64,000 nucleotides of DNA from Octopus sinensis (Eukaryota), in NCBI RefSeq assembly GCF_006345805.1, contig NC_043004.1, forward strand, positions 38,874,001-38,938,000, in the 5' to 3' direction. This document shows, one piece after another, positions 13,866 through 28,230 of the stretch; the first letter of the stretch is position 1; each line of letters starts with the position of its first letter. The notes beneath the pieces are model-generated. The model worked only from the letters and a program-made list of their open reading frames with translations, searched no databases and was not told the origin of the DNA. The translations under genes were made by a program, and so were the position numbers.

Positions 13866-14884
13866 AATGATAGAAAACAATAAAATAAAATCAGTAAATT
13901 TAAGGTAATTGCTTAAACAAATGATCGTTAATATTGGAAAGTGACTGATATAATAAGAGAAGATAGAAGCAAACTATATAAATATCACTTTCTATTGAGA
14001 AGAAGGCGTGCTTGTATTTAGAAATATAGTGAAAGATAAAAAGGAGGGGATGATTTAACGCATGAACGTAAAGGGTACATCTAATTGATGCTGACGAGAT
14101 CGACATGTAAGTTTGCCTAATCATAGGAAATTAGGAACCATTGTTGTGAAATATTGATTATAGGAATGTAAAGTGTTTGATAACATACATACAAGATAAA
14201 AATGTTTATTTAAATGTTTGGCTTACTCAGTTAAGATGCATTGGATAAAGTTTGCACGTAAATCAGAGGCAGAGAAAATCAGTGAGTTTCATACACAAGC
14301 ATACTAGAAACGCATAGACTTGTACAAACGCAAGCACACAAGCATAACAAACACACACGCCCGTGCATACATTTATATTATCGACATGTGTATTAGAGAG
14401 AGAGAGAGAGAGAGAGGGAGGAAGAGAGAGTGAGTGTGTGTGTGTGTGAGTGCGCGTGTGTGTTTGCGTATGTGTGTAAAATTGGTTAAACAAATACATT
14501 ACTTATTACTTATATCAAACTTTCTAATACTTTTTGATAGTTTATAAAAATTTTTTTTTAAATTAAAAAATTAAAAGTTTAAAAATTTATAAATTTAAAA
14601 TTTAAAAAATATAAAAATATAAAAATGTATAAATATAAATATAAATATAAATTTTAAATTTTAAATTTAAATAATCTAAATTTTAAATTCTATATCTTAT
14701 TTATTTTGTATATTATATTAATTATATTTATTTTCATGTTTTGGCTTATGTCTTTCACTGTTTGATTTGCCTAATAGTGGTATTATCTCTAATTTAATTT
14801 ATATTTATACTGTGAAATTTGATTTAATCCTAAATCCCTTTTTTCCCTGTAAGTTTGGATATACTCCCTAATATTATCATCATT

Positions 14885-14921
<37 letters not shown>

Positions 14922-14999
14922 TATCATGAGCCTCAACTACGGAACGATGTTTTTAAATGCACTTTTAAACTAGTGGAGTATTCAGCACGAGAACGTAGT

Positions 15000-15330
15000 T
15001 GAAACTCAGATATCGGTTACCGCGGCCTAATGACCCAGCAGCATCCCGTTCATAGTAAAGTGGGTGGAGAAATCGGTTGTTTAAAACAATCTTGACTACC
15101 AATACAGCTCCTTCAAAGTAGTGGGTATTTCATTTACAGTCATTATTGCGGCTATTCCCGACACCGTGGGTTTTCATTGAGCGAGTTCCTCAAAGTTGAT
15201 TGCGGATGATATGCCGCCAGATCCGTCCGCCGGTGATCTCAGTATTGTATCACACAAGCTTGTCCTATCAAGAAGCCTCTAAAATGCTGGTCACCTTATG
15301 CGTGTTGAAAATACTATATCTATGTTGTTG
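15000..15330 (+). pseudogene. Possible decayed Gypsy gag-like fragment
   Basis: GC-richer island giving DPAA..., VIIAAIPDTVG, DDMPPDP across frameshifts; weak resemblance only. Confidence 0.25.
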
Positions 15331-17630
15331 TCAAAAGCCCGACTAAAGACTTGAAAGACTATATTGGGACTATTAGTCATAAAGTTACACGTGAAAGATG
15401 AAACAAAATATACGAAACGTATTCTCTCGTTGGGACGTTTCTCCCTCGCAGAATTCGTTGAGCCGAATTATAATACTCTGTACTGTTATAAAATATTTAT
15501 TTGTAGAAAGATTAGCCGTCCTAATTAATACAATCCCAGTTAAGTCTTCGGTGACAAGTTTAAGCAGAATACATAGGCCATGGATGTAATGGATGTTCCA
15601 TTCGAATTAATGGTAGAGACAGTATAGTTTACAATCCGACTCCAAAGTAATATTCAAGCATTTGGCTCTCATTTTGTATAGCTCAAATCAAACAGAGGCG
15701 TGAAAATTCTGAAGAAGATACGAAATCGTTCAATTTTTTTTTATTTAGTCTCCCGATCGAACGATTATCACCCAGGAACTACAAAAATAGCATCGTCCCT
15801 GTACAGTCCAACCCCAATCCACCATGTGCAGAAAGGTTCCATTCTATTCTTAAAGCAAACATAGACCAGCCACGTTTATGAAATATAATGATTAGCATGA
15901 ATATATAATCAGAGACTGGATATGGATGCATCATTTATGATTTATTAATACATCCATACATTTCACTACAACAAGATATCATTGCTAAAACAATATACAA
16001 CGCCACTTGCAGAAAAGAATCAAACTGTCTGGGATATATACACCGCCCCCCCCCTTGCTATGCAATGCATGCATACGTACCAGCACAAGAAATACTGATG
16101 GAACAATGCTTTCAAAAATTGTAACAGGCGCAAACATAATAGATCTGACACTTTTAGGGGTTGAAAAATAACAGAAAATTTATATACAGTCGAACATTAC
16201 AGCGTGTGTTCTGGTATTGCTTTGCGAAAATGTATATTTCGGTTGAAAAGTCGTAAATCTTTCTTCACAATCAAACAGTTATTGTATAATCAAGTGTTTC
16301 GTTTTGACAGAAATATATGACAGTTTTCATGTAATATAAATTCTGCAGATATGTGGCTAAGTTTCACATAACGAGTAAGTTGAGTAAGTTGATACTGTTT
16401 GCGCTGAATGTGAAAGAAATATTACGATAATAATTCTCATTTTCACATTGTATATTTCAGTATCTATGCACATTTCTAGATATCTATGCATTGCTTTCGC
16501 ATTTTTGTTGATATTTAAACACCTCGTAATTAATTTAATGTTCAGAATACATAACATATGTCGTCTTTGTACTCTTTGTAATGCACATCTTTACTTTAAT
16601 GTTTCGTCTTGGCATCTTCTGAACATTTCACTTTCCGTAAGCAGTGAATTAACTTATTAATTGCAATTTTGTACAATTTCTTGTGGTACTGAATATCGTG
16701 TTAGTGTTTCCGTATTTAATGAGCAGCTCATGCATCTGCGAGAATGTATCATCTGATAGTCAGGAGACTCTACAATCCGTTACAAATGGACTCAATACCT
16801 ACCAATATATGCTATGTTGTTTTAGAGATCAATACAACACTCGTCGGCGACATTTTAAAATTGTTGCCGTTTTTTCTTTTTCCTCTGTTTCGTCACTTCT
16901 TAATCGTAATTCGCTAGACTAATCATTCGTGCTAATCAGTAAACGCTAAGCCGATTTCAATTTCCATACAGCGCCAACTGCATTATGTGATGTATTTTTT
17001 CTTAAAGAATGCTTGATTCAGCCTCCTTTTCTTGCATATTAAATGAGAGTATAGAGATTCATTCAAGTCGCTTTATAGTTTTGAAAACATTAATTTGCTA
17101 ATTTAGCCTCGGACAAATTCGTCTCTAATTTAGCAGATCTATAATCGAATGAATTCCAGTTATAATCGACTTGTTATTTCCTTAGATACAGAATATCTAA
17201 AAATTTATTTCCTAATTAAGTTGCTTTCAAATTTTTAAGACGATTGCGTAAGAAATAGTTTGTATGCTATTAGTCTGCTAATAGGTCGAGCAGACAAATT
17301 TTCGTTGAAGTATGTGTGGACAAATATATAGAAATAATTAGATTTACGTTGGTGTTAGATTAGAGTGGATAGTGCAATCGTTTATGGAAATCAGATTTAA
17401 AGCAAGAGGCATTTATATATGTGACCTTTTATGCATTTGTAATAAGAGGGCATTTAATTTGCGACTTTGTCATCCGACTGAAAATTAAATCGCTTATGAA
17501 ATATGTCTTAATGCATTATTACTTTATAAATATGAAGAAAACTACACTTATGCACTCATACGGACTCTGCCTACTCCTCTTCTTTCTCACATACACACAC
17601 ACACACATACATATATATATATGTTTAAAA

Positions 17631-17935
17631 GCGCATGGCTCAGTGGTTACAGCGTAGAGCTTACGATCGTGAGGTTGTGTGTTGCGTCCTTGCGCAAGGC
17701 ACGTTATTTCACGTTGCTCCAGTTAACTCAGCTGTAGAAATGAGTTGCGGCATCACTGGTGCCAAGCTGTATCTGCCTTTGCCTTTCCCTTGGACAACAT
17801 CAGTGGCATTTAGGGGGGAAGTGGTATGCATAGGCGACTGCTAACCTTCCACAAACAATCATGTCCTGACTTGTGCCTCGGTGGGTAACTTTCTAAATGC
17901 AGTCCTATGGTCATCCATGACCGAATGGGGTATCC
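17631..17935 (+). mobile_element. tRNA-derived SINE (family S2)
   Basis: Head GCGCATGGCTCAGTGGTTA; body CACGTTGCTCCAGTTAACTCAGCTGTAGAAATGAGTTGC shared with 37518 and 53715. Confidence 0.8.
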
Positions 17936-17936
17936 T

Positions 17937-17997
<61 letters not shown>

Positions 17998-18089
17998 AAA
18001 CCAAGGACAAACACAAAACAATGACAGCAATATCAGGACGTGGTACATGTAAAGTATCATCAGATGCTCAGGGAAGGAAATAAAGATGG

Positions 18090-18122
18090 TTTAACGTTTC
18101 GAGCAAATCACTTCTTCAGAAA
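18090..18122 (-). ncRNA. Minimal hammerhead-like motif, degenerate stem II, in a PLE pseudo-LTR fragment (about 18000-18140)
   Basis: Minus strand UUU-CUGAAGA-AGUG(AUUU)GCUC-GAAAC-GUU-AAA; follows (TA)n. Confidence 0.5.
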
Positions 18123-18859
18123 TAGAAAAGGTAGACGAAGGCATCTTTAAATTTTCTATAAAGAATTAATACTTAACTTCCGAAATAATAAAAAAAAATA
18201 ATTATAATATTAAAATTCGTTATATTAGACAGTTAAATAATACATTTGTCTCAATTCTAATTTGCATTTACCTTTCTCATATCAAATGTCTCCGTTATCA
18301 CATTCAATATTAAGTTAGTATTTCATTAAAAAATCAGTATAGCATTCCAGAAAATAAAAGTTATCCTCATTACCCAAATCAGTGCTTTCGTTAAAAAATT
18401 TTAAATTAATAGATTTTGAGAGTCTAAAATTATCAAAATTACGAAAATGCTGTGTTTCCATTTAACAAACAAAACATAATTTATTTTGTATATTCTTTTT
18501 AATCTCTGTTGGTTTCTGGTTTAAATGATATTTTATAGCCACTTCACTAAACATTATCATCCTAGTAAGAGAACCGAGGAAATCTGCAACCAATTCTCTG
18601 TTGCAATCAAATTGTGATAGAAAATAAAAAGGAATATGACCCCATTTCTAAAGTAGACACCTGTTCTTATTCAAAAAGCAATTTTATTGTCATTCAGGAT
18701 CAAACTTAAATTCCTAAAGGTGGTAAAATGTTAAATTAAAATATATTATCCGATTGCTAGGTCATTCTTGAATTCAAGTATAATTCGGTGCAGCGCTTCT
18801 GGTAGCGGCAAACCAATTTGATAACTTTTCTTATTCTCCTATTGATATTAATATTACTC

Positions 18860-19025
18860 AAGGCAGCGAGCTGGTAGAACTGTTAGCACGCCGGGCGAAA
18901 TGTTTATCGTTATTTCGTCCGCCTAATACGTTCTGAATTCTAATTCCCCCGATGTCTATTGTGCCTTTCAGCGTTTCGAGATCGATAAAATAAGTACCAG
19001 TAACTCGCTGCTCTTGTGCCAAAGT
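18860..19025 (+). mobile_element. tRNA-derived SINE (family S1)
   Basis: AAGGCAGCGAGCTGGTAGAACTGTTAGCACGCCGGGCGAAATG head plus GATCGATAAAATAAGTACCAG. Confidence 0.75.
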
Positions 19026-19336
19026 TAGTTTCTGTTTAATATGTTAATTCCTTTAGTGCTTAGTTATTAGTTTTTTTTTCTGCTGGCTGGGTTCTTTGAA
19101 AATATATTACTCTGAGTGTTCCTGTTGTTTTCATCTTGTCTTTCTATTCAAGGCCAGTACGTTTATTTTGCATCAAACCGATTTGTTTCATTCTTATCTA
19201 CACGTTTCTAGACGTAGGATAATATTTCATTATTCACTAACATAGAACGAAAAGAGGAAGCTTTTCAATTAGTTGTGATTGATATAGTTATTTTGTCCCA
19301 AGGCATCACCGGCACCTCGACATTTTTAGTTTCAAG

Positions 19337-19460
19337 TTACACTTCATCTAATAAAACATGTCCGGTTAACACTATGCTAGCTGTTTCGATTGTCGGAGCT
19401 ATTTTCATTAGTGAAGGAGGTCGTGCCATTTTCATAGAAAAGACACGATATCCATCACAT
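19337..19460 (-). CDS. Candidate terminal exon of an unidentified spliced gene
   Basis: Acceptor ttacag|; phase-2 frame CDGYRVFSMKMARPPSLMKIAPTIETASIVLTGHVLLDEV*; no homology recognised. Confidence 0.2.
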
Positions 19461-19875
19461 CTGTAATTAAATCATATCATCCACATATATTAACACTACT
19501 GTATCACATAATAATATTTGTTTATATTCTCCTGTGTCGGAAAATACAACCCGGGTAATGAATCTAACGATTCTTTACCAAGACATATTCTGATGTATCG
19601 AAAGCCTCATAAAGTAAAAAAAAAAAAAAGTTTCCTTTGTCTTTGTTCTTTTTTTCTTTTTTTTCTTTTTTGAATAAAACATCAAGATTCTAAAATGGTA
19701 AGAGCTGCAACATGGTTAATAATACTCGTCCCGTGAGTGAGAAAATGACTAAAGACCGTGTTTCCTCATGTTCAAAGGAAACCTGCCGAGGACGATTTTG
19801 GCATTTATACAGGTCCTCGTCAAGATCTAAATTGTGATCAAGTGATTCCTTATTAAGGCCAAGCAATTGTCTCAC

Positions 19876-19976
19876 ACTCTTCTTAAAATGTGAAGCTTCA
19901 TAACGAGTGACTTTCTTCGCAGTCGTTCAATTTCGTAGCAATAGCAACCAAATTTCTTCAAATCACACTTGACCGT
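19876..19976 (-). CDS. Candidate 101-nt internal exon
   Basis: tttatttttaag| ... |gtgaga; only one open frame, TVKCDLKKFGCYCYEIERLRRKSLVMKLHILRR; phase-compatible with neighbouring candidates. Confidence 0.25.
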
Positions 19977-20500
19977 CTTAAAAATAAATGAACACATTAG
20001 AAAATGCAGAGCGTGATCACAACTAATATATAGAGCTAAACAATAACAGTGATAAAAGTAAGAAATAAATGAATAGTAATAATGCGTAATATATTTTATT
20101 TGGATTTGAAGTAATTTCATCTCTTATTCAATTAGAAAAGATTCTATTATATTGTATAATGATATCTTATCGATTATCCGCTTTGCTTGAGATAAGCAAT
20201 TCTATATTTCGAAGCGAAAGATATCATCATATACTCATTAGTAATTCCCCAATGGAACGTGTAATATGTCTGGAGACATAGCATACACTCATTTGAAATA
20301 AAATGGCTTTGAGAAATATTTTACATATATCAGCACGCTATTTCCCTTTTAAATTTCTACATGCGTTATCTTCTCACGACGTGCATGCTTATATTTCATT
20401 CTACAATATCTTTTAATCATTTTCTTTAACTTTTAACACACACACACGCCCTCATGACAGTGTCTATACATACACATAGATAGAGAAATCAGCGTATGAT

Positions 20501-21013
20501 TTCAACAGAAATCTTATAAACTGACAAAGCGAGCTGAGTTTAACCCTAGGTGCGACAGCCACCGATGAACATTAAGATGCATAAGCATCAAAATGAGAAA
20601 TCATCGATGGTATGGCTATATCTCTTCTCAGTCATTAAGATAGTACTTCCATGACTATTGAGTCGTTTTGACTCTTCTTTCTAGCAATACTAGGGCAGAT
20701 TATTGCCCTTTGTTACTTTAGCGACGTATATATAATTTTGCCTTTAGGTTGTAAAGTTACGAATTAGCCACCCATATTATTTATGATTTTCCCTTTCACC
20801 GTTTATGAAATCACCGTACGGGTTCAACGAAAATCTTATAAACTGACAAGGCGAACTGACATTAGCTATAGGCGTGGTGAGAGCGAGCGATGAGCATCAA
20901 AATGTGAAATCATCTATGATCTGGCAATATCTGCTGCCGTAATTGTTTTGACACTTATTTCTAGGAATACTAATGCTGATTAGTGCCTCTTGTCACTTTA
21001 ATGGCGTATATAT
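20501..21013. repeat. Diverged direct duplication, period about 322 bp
   Basis: TTCAAC..AAATCTTATAAACTGACAA.GCGA at 20501 and 20823, with colinear shared blocks AGCATCAAAATG.GAAATCATC and TTTCTAG.AATACTA. Confidence 0.75.
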
Positions 21014-21137
21014 ATTTCTGCCGCGGGCGCGAGTGTGTTTGTGTGGTTGCATGCACGCTCCTTGTATGTGTGTGTGTGTGTGTATGTGTGTGTGTTTGTG
21101 TGTGTGTGTATGTGTGTGTGTTTGTGTGTGTGTGTGT

Positions 21138-21199
<62 letters not shown>

Positions 21200-23029
21200 A
21201 ATGATATCAAATTATATTTCCAGAGAAATGTGATTCATACATTTCAATGTTTACGTCAGTACAAATCCGGATGTTATATGATGTGAAAAGGGATTATATG
21301 ATAATGAAATCATTTTCGAGATTATCAGTATGCTATTGATAATCCTCTCGAACATTGATTTATTAATGTGTCGCTCCTTCAGCAGTGAAATTATTAATCG
21401 TATCATAAAAGGATAAACAGGAGTGTCTTAATAGAAAATTGAACATAAACATGTCAAAACACCTTACCAAGAACGGTTCTAAAATCAAACTATGTTAAAA
21501 TGTAGTATCCAAGGAAACTAAAAAAACACATTCAGTCGAGGAAATATATATACCTCTACATCTCAACAAACATCTTTTTAAGCACCTTTATATTTCCGAT
21601 TCTTTTTAGTTTTCATTTTTTTTTTATATTCGCCACCTGTTTTCCTTATCCTATATACTTTAAGTTCTCATTCTTTAAGTTCCCCGCACACATCCCATCC
21701 GCACATGATAATATACAACTACCGTCGCACGCGTACACAGCTATTGGATTCTACAGACACATATCATATACGCTTATGCACGCTAATATCTTCTCACATA
21801 ATCCCAGATTTAAGCTACTACTACTACCTTCTTGAACTTCATTCGCCGTCCCTAGATTTTAAAATTGAATTACTACTACCAACTCGAGTGGCTACACTAA
21901 GTCTAATATTTTCGAGAGAAAATACAGTATCTTCCACCTCTCTTTCCATCACCTCGCCCATCCTATCCATTTCATCATCCTATATCTTTTTTAAATGGCT
22001 TTATCGAATGCTACAATATGTTTACTTATGTATCCCACAACAGATCCGTGAATGGCTGCAGCATGAATTTATAAACGCATCTCTCCAGCCAATTTCAATG
22101 TCAATCCTTCTCTCCCCAGCCGTCTAACTTTACTTATATTCTTCTCCGTAACAAACTTACCTACTCTCATATATATTTTTTATTTTATTGTTACTTCTTC
22201 AAACTATGCTTTCCACTCGATCTGTATTTTCTACGCATTTTGATGGAATCCCCAACGAATTAACACGGGATCTTCTATCGACAAAATAAACTTCATATAA
22301 TCACGGTGTCCTTGGCCTGTAAAGTAGCTTGCAGTCTCCCGTCGCTTGGATAATTTACTACTTCCAAGGTTCCACTAGCTATGAAACATATGTAGCCTAG
22401 ATTTTATTTATTCCATTCCCTAAGTTTTGTAAGTTTATTCGCAAGTACAACAACCCTTGTTGCTGACTGTGAATTATGAAATTAACTTTTTTCAACTCAT
22501 CGCATTTCGATACAAGAAAAATTCACAACTTTCTGCTCCAATAAACCACTATTGTTCCTCAAAGTTTTTTTTTTTTTTACATATTCTGCAGATTACTTGA
22601 AGCTCACTAATTTCTTACTCATTGATTCTTGAATATTTCCTTTACATATATATATAAATGTGTGTTTCTGTGTGTATGTGTGTGTGTGCGTGCGTAGGTA
22701 TGTGTGTGTAGTCAAATGGGAAGTAGAAGTAGCACTAGTGTAATGAACATTATCAAGGACATAAACGTAAGGCACAGTACAGGTTTAATTGCAGGTAGAC
22801 GGCGAAATGGTGTGACGGAGTATAATCTCTCTCGAAGCAACGAATGTTCAAACACCTGAAAGTCATGGACGGGCGAGGTAACTCACATTTAATCGCCATT
22901 TTTGTGGCTTGAGCCACAAAATGTATGCATACATACGTAAGTACATTCACACGTAGTACATAATGAGACAGTAGATTGTCATCTATGTTAATAAGCTTGC
23001 AGTAAAAAAAATATTGAAGCAGTACTTAC

Positions 23030-23071
23030 ACCTTTATGTCGCAGTCGATTCTCTTGATTCAATGATTTTGC
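23030..23071 (-). CDS. Candidate 42-nt micro-exon
   Basis: Strong sites tgttttattttgcag| and |gtaagta; only one open frame, AKSLNQENRLRHKG. Confidence 0.3.
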
Positions 23072-23159
23072 CTGCAAAATAAAACAATACGTTACACATA
23101 ATAAGCATAATAAATTTATACTCATTAATATATTTTATGTGCATTCAATCATTTGTTTT

Positions 23160-23580
23160 GCATTTCAATTCAATTCAATTCAGTTCAATTTTTCAATTCA
23201 ATTTTTATCGGCTCAAAAAGCAAAAGCAAGGCCATGTAGGGGGACAGGGAGTTATGTACAGGGAGTGGGGTCATACAAAGAGTTCAGGCCATTTCTGGTC
23301 AAGAAGAGACTTTCAACCGAGCGGTCGTCGGCATCTTCACTATCTCATCTGGCAGCTTATTCCACGGATCCGCAACCCGGACGGAGAAAGCCCCTCTCCT
23401 TCGATTGAGATGAAATCGTCGTAGATAGAGCTTTTCGGAGTGATCCCGCAGCCCACGCTCTGGAGCAGGAGTAAAGAACAGCTCTTTCGAGAGGTTACAC
23501 TTTCCGCTAATGATATTGTGGGCGAGAATGAGATCACCACGGTGTCGTCGTTTTTCGAGAGAATAAAGGTCGATGGAGTG
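23160..23580 (-). mobile_element. CR1-clade LINE 3' end (RT C-terminus, 3' UTR, (AATTG)n tail)
   Basis: LYSLEKRRHRGDLI...RDHSEKL...FSVRVADPWNKLPDEIV is the typical CR1 ORF2 C-terminus; second copy at 60388-60627. Confidence 0.88.
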
Positions 23581-26500
23581 ACTATATACAAAAATATCTA
23601 TGTGAAACATATATAGACCAACCTAATAAATGCAAAATATTTTGCTTGACATTGTTATTGTTAGTGTTGCTGTTGTTGCTGCTGCAAATACCGGAGGTTA
23701 TGAAACATAGTATAGGTAGCAAATGCATAGAAATTCTAAACGTTGTTAACGTGTGTTTTTTTGCTTATCTAAACACTCTACTGATTAGAATTGATAATAT
23801 ACTTCTAAGAATACAGTTTATGACTGGAGCATATTAGTGAGAAACGTTTTCAGTATAAACAAATATTAGAAAAGTACAGCAGCGAAATATAAATTGTGTT
23901 GTATAACTGAGAGCATATTATTTACGATTGTAAACAATTAACACTCTGTAAAGAATGTTGCAAAACGCCCGTAGTCATATATATATATATATATATATAT
24001 AAGAAAAGAAAATGGTGTTTGGAAGTTAATTAACAGCAAATTAGTCATCTTCACTTACAGTTCTTTCAATTAATAAACAACAAATATCGAGTAAACATTA
24101 AATTTATATTTATATGACCTGAGCATATTTTCAGAGGATGATAACGCAATCTCTAATCGAATTATATATGCGTGCTTATTGATTAGAAATTGTTGTTTTG
24201 GTTCCATGCAACTTAAAGTTTCGCACTTTTCTTTAAGAAGCTTGGGAAACTTCCGCATGTGGCCGAATAAAATATAAATATCAATTTATAACACCTGAAT
24301 GTGTTGAGTTCCTCCTGCTACATGGACCAGTATGTGGGTGTGTGTGAAAGGGTATATGTGTGTATGTGTGTATTTGTGTGTATAAGGGTATGTTCGTGTA
24401 TATCTGTGTGTACGTTGAGGTGATTTCATATAAATTTTTAAATTCATTGATACTTTGTCAGACAAATATATTCGCATGAGGTGAGACATCATTTGCAGTG
24501 AAGATATCAAGTGAAAGGTCTGGCACGAGTGCACTTTAAATGTGACGATACCACTTTTCCCATTGTGTCTATTAAAGAAGAAAATAGTCATTGAAAGTAC
24601 ACAAAGTTTTTCCCGTTATCCAGTAGAGGTGACTTGGTATTGGATTTGTATCAACTCCAATCACCAGATAATTCTGGAGGCAATTTCGGTTTAATTATTT
24701 ATGTCTCGGAACTAAACATAAAAAAAAGAACGGAGAGAGAAAAAAATGTCTAGAGATTAACTGTTCAGCGTGATGAAATGAGTTTTATATATAAAGGTCT
24801 TGACAGTTTCCTGCTATTCCGGAATTCCACTAGTTGACTGATGTCTTCATTGACAACTGTTTGAAAATACAACAAAAGCTGCAGAAAAGCTACAGAAAAA
24901 AAGACCCAGCCAGACAAAAATTATTCTTAAAGTCTACCATTGCATTGTATAGTCAATAATAAATGTACGTTTATACGCGTATGTGTGGGTGCGTGTATAT
25001 ATACGTAAATGTATGTATGTATGCATAAAGATATATGTATGTAAACATGCATATATGGTAGGTTGTATGTATAGATGATTGTGTAATGTTCTTTTCCCAA
25101 GCAAGAAATACACTATCTCACTATATCACATAAAGGAGCATTGAAATACTTAAATTTGTAATTAATAATATCCGATTTATTTCCATCGCACGCACCATAT
25201 TGATCGAGAGTTTTAATACGTAGGATTGTTGTCTGAAAGTAGTAAGTAGGAGAGTCATTAGTTAACACAGCTGTCTGTCACCATTCTGAAAGAAATATAT
25301 TGTTCAACAGCGGAGGTTAGTTGATCAATATATGATAATTGAAGAGAATACTATTATTCCGCTGGCCGACGTATACATTACTAGCTTTCGGCAAGATACT
25401 TGAAAATGTTTGCGATTTATTTAAAAGAAAAAGATATGGAGAAAATGAGACAGCGTTGATGTCTAATAGTAATAAACGGTCCTATTGGAAATATATAGTT
25501 GCCAAGTAATTTACTTAATTAAGCTACAAAATGTAATTTTGAAATATTTAGAGCAGGAAAGACATTCACCCTATGTCGGAGTATTGTCGAACTTATTGTC
25601 TAAAATCATGTGTTGAATGTGATGGATTAAATTATTATTTGCTGCTAAAATCTCCAGGCAGATCTGAAATGGTTTTTACTTAAATTTTTTTTTATCAATC
25701 TACTTTTTTTACATTACTTCATTCCGAACTAGAGCATCTTAGTGGTCAATTGATTTGCTAGAAACTGCAACGAAGCCTCCACTGATACAATATTCAGTCT
25801 TAAAAAGGAAAGAACCATTGAAAAAATTAGTTCTAAAATCAATATGCATGAAAAGAGAAATACTGTAGGATGTTCATGTTTTGACTGATTCACTCATGTT
25901 TTTTCTTCTATCAGAATTGCCCAGTACTATATCAACGACGACAACAACAACAAAAACAACAACAACAACAGAAGCAACAGCGTACTTCTTTTCAGTAAGC
26001 TTAGTTGTTTCTTTTGAAATGTTAAACCAAGATCTTGTGATGTCTTCTTTGGTTGCCAATATGTCTACCAGGCGATTTAATGATATATTTCTGGCAATAA
26101 CTGCTCTTACATTTGCAGTTTCCGATTACCAAATACAGAGTATAATCTATTCCTACATTTATCATATGTTTAATACTTAAAGAGACAGGAAATAATAACA
26201 TAGCGATGATTTACGACAATAAATTAAACATATAGCTTGAAATAATTGAATCTTAAAACGTCAGTTGAATCATCTCCAAGAATATATGTATTTTCTTTAG
26301 ACTTGGGGATTGAAAGGAAACCAAAATGCGACTTGTTTATGTTTAAAAACTTAGAGAAACAGAACGAAATATTCCAGTATTTTTAGTTCGGTACCTTTCA
26401 CCGATTTCAGAGAAAAGGAACTAAATATTGAAATACTTTTAGTATGATGCCCCTCTGTTCATTTCCTTTTCACTGATTTCAAACTAAGAAAAATATAAAA

Positions 26501-27930
26501 TATATTTTTTTAAAGCACCGTAAGTTTAGTTATATATTTTAAAGCATCCTAAGTCTTGTACGACTGAATTATAAATATCCTTACTCTCTGTGTTTGCCGC
26601 TTGATTATTATTGTCACAAGCCCTCAGAACAGTATCTATGTATATAAGTGGCTATAATCACTGAGCAATAAAAGTGTCTTTTTTATCACTGGAATATTAT
26701 CACTCGCTACAGAAACCTTATCTACTCTGTAATTTACAGTAAAAAGTCCAGCATTGAAAAAAATTGTAAGGATTTTCATTCATCTATTCAATGACGTAAC
26801 AGTCAATTGTTTCCCTTACTGATTGAAATAGAGGTGACAAGCGTTGCGTTAGGGCACAAAGAATGAATTTTACAACCCACTTAACGAAAACGAAGTTTGA
26901 ATTTCAACTGATAAATGGCAATCATGATAAGTTATTTCAAATGTCAAGTTGGCTTGTTGTTGTCAGTTCCGATTGATTCTGAAAATTGATCACACACCGA
27001 TAAAAAAGCAAAAAAAATCATGCTACAAATCATTAAAGAAACATTTGTATAAAGCCTGTCAATATCATCACCTTTAAGAATGTGCACACATCCATAATAA
27101 TTTTAAAGCAGTATCAATGGTAGTTGCCTGTGCACATTATGTATGTGTGAATGACAAAGAAGGAGAAAGAGAGAGAGAGAAAAAGAAAAAGAGAGAGAGA
27201 AAAAGAAAAAGAGAGAGACAAAGTTAGGGGTAAAAGAGAGAGAGAATTTATTGGAAGCTTATATGAAACGGTTATGAATAATGAATAAACGCTTTGTGCA
27301 CTATTAAAAGCTGCGCGTGTATTTCGTTGTCAGTTAATCTAAATTTCCATATTCTATTACACTCTTTTGTATATGGTACAACATGAAAAGCTTTACAAGG
27401 AGAAACAATATTTGCTAATTGCAATAATTTCCACTTCACTTTATCTGCTCTAAACTGTCAATAGCTTACTGAACGCCTTGCTTAATTTATTTTTCTGATA
27501 TTTGTTGTCAATTTATTTATATTTTGGTAAGGATTACTGACGCTCACATTGTAGTTTTGTTAATATGTTTCGCTATAAATTTGTCGTTGATTTTTTAATG
27601 TTGCTCATGATTAAATGAAATAGGAACAGATTCTGAAGATATACCACAAAATTTAATTTCTAATTTTCCTATGCATATCAACAGCTGAAACAAGAGCAGT
27701 GGAAAACGCCGAAAAGTAACGGTAGCTTCTGAAGACACAAGCAATTTGAAAACATTTTTCACCCTTGTTTTATGTATTTCCATTGCATTAAGTGCAGTAA
27801 CACCACTTAGGCAAAATGTCCCCTTATTTGCCAGGCGCTCATAAAGTGAATTAAACATTTATACCTACATACAAACACGCCATCCGTATACAAAATACAA
27901 ACATCCTATGCATTTACATTCGGATAGTGC

Positions 27931-27961
<31 letters not shown>

Positions 27962-27963
<2 letters not shown>

Positions 27964-28093
27964 CTTTCTGTTGAAGAGCGTAGGCTCGAAACGTAAAAGA
28001 CTTGTTTTATTTATATTCCTGAGCGCCATACTAATACAATGTTGTTTGTATTCCACCTGCCTTCGTCTTTTGTTATTTTCATAAGCTTCCCGT

Positions 28094-28095
<2 letters not shown>
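27962..28095 (+). mobile_element. Penelope-like pseudo-LTR fragment (family A) inserted in (TA)n
   Basis: Homolog of 262-449 in opposite orientation; (TA)n on both sides. Confidence 0.6.
27963..28000 (+). ncRNA. Minimal type I hammerhead-like motif (CUGUUGA core variant)
   Basis: UCUUU-CUGUUGA-A-GAGC(GUAG)GCUC-GAAAC-GUA-AAAGA; predicted cut after 27995. Confidence 0.6.
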
Positions 28096-28147
<52 letters not shown>

Positions 28148-28230
28148 GATAATATATATATATTATAATAAAACATTATTGGTGAATTGAAGAAATGGAG
28201 CTGAACGCAGATTGAACAGAATCGTTTATA

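Noticed and set aside
21790-22440. Possible decayed L1/Tx1 LINE fragment on the minus strand
   Set aside because: Only a vague WDSIK-type resemblance; too weak to call without a search.
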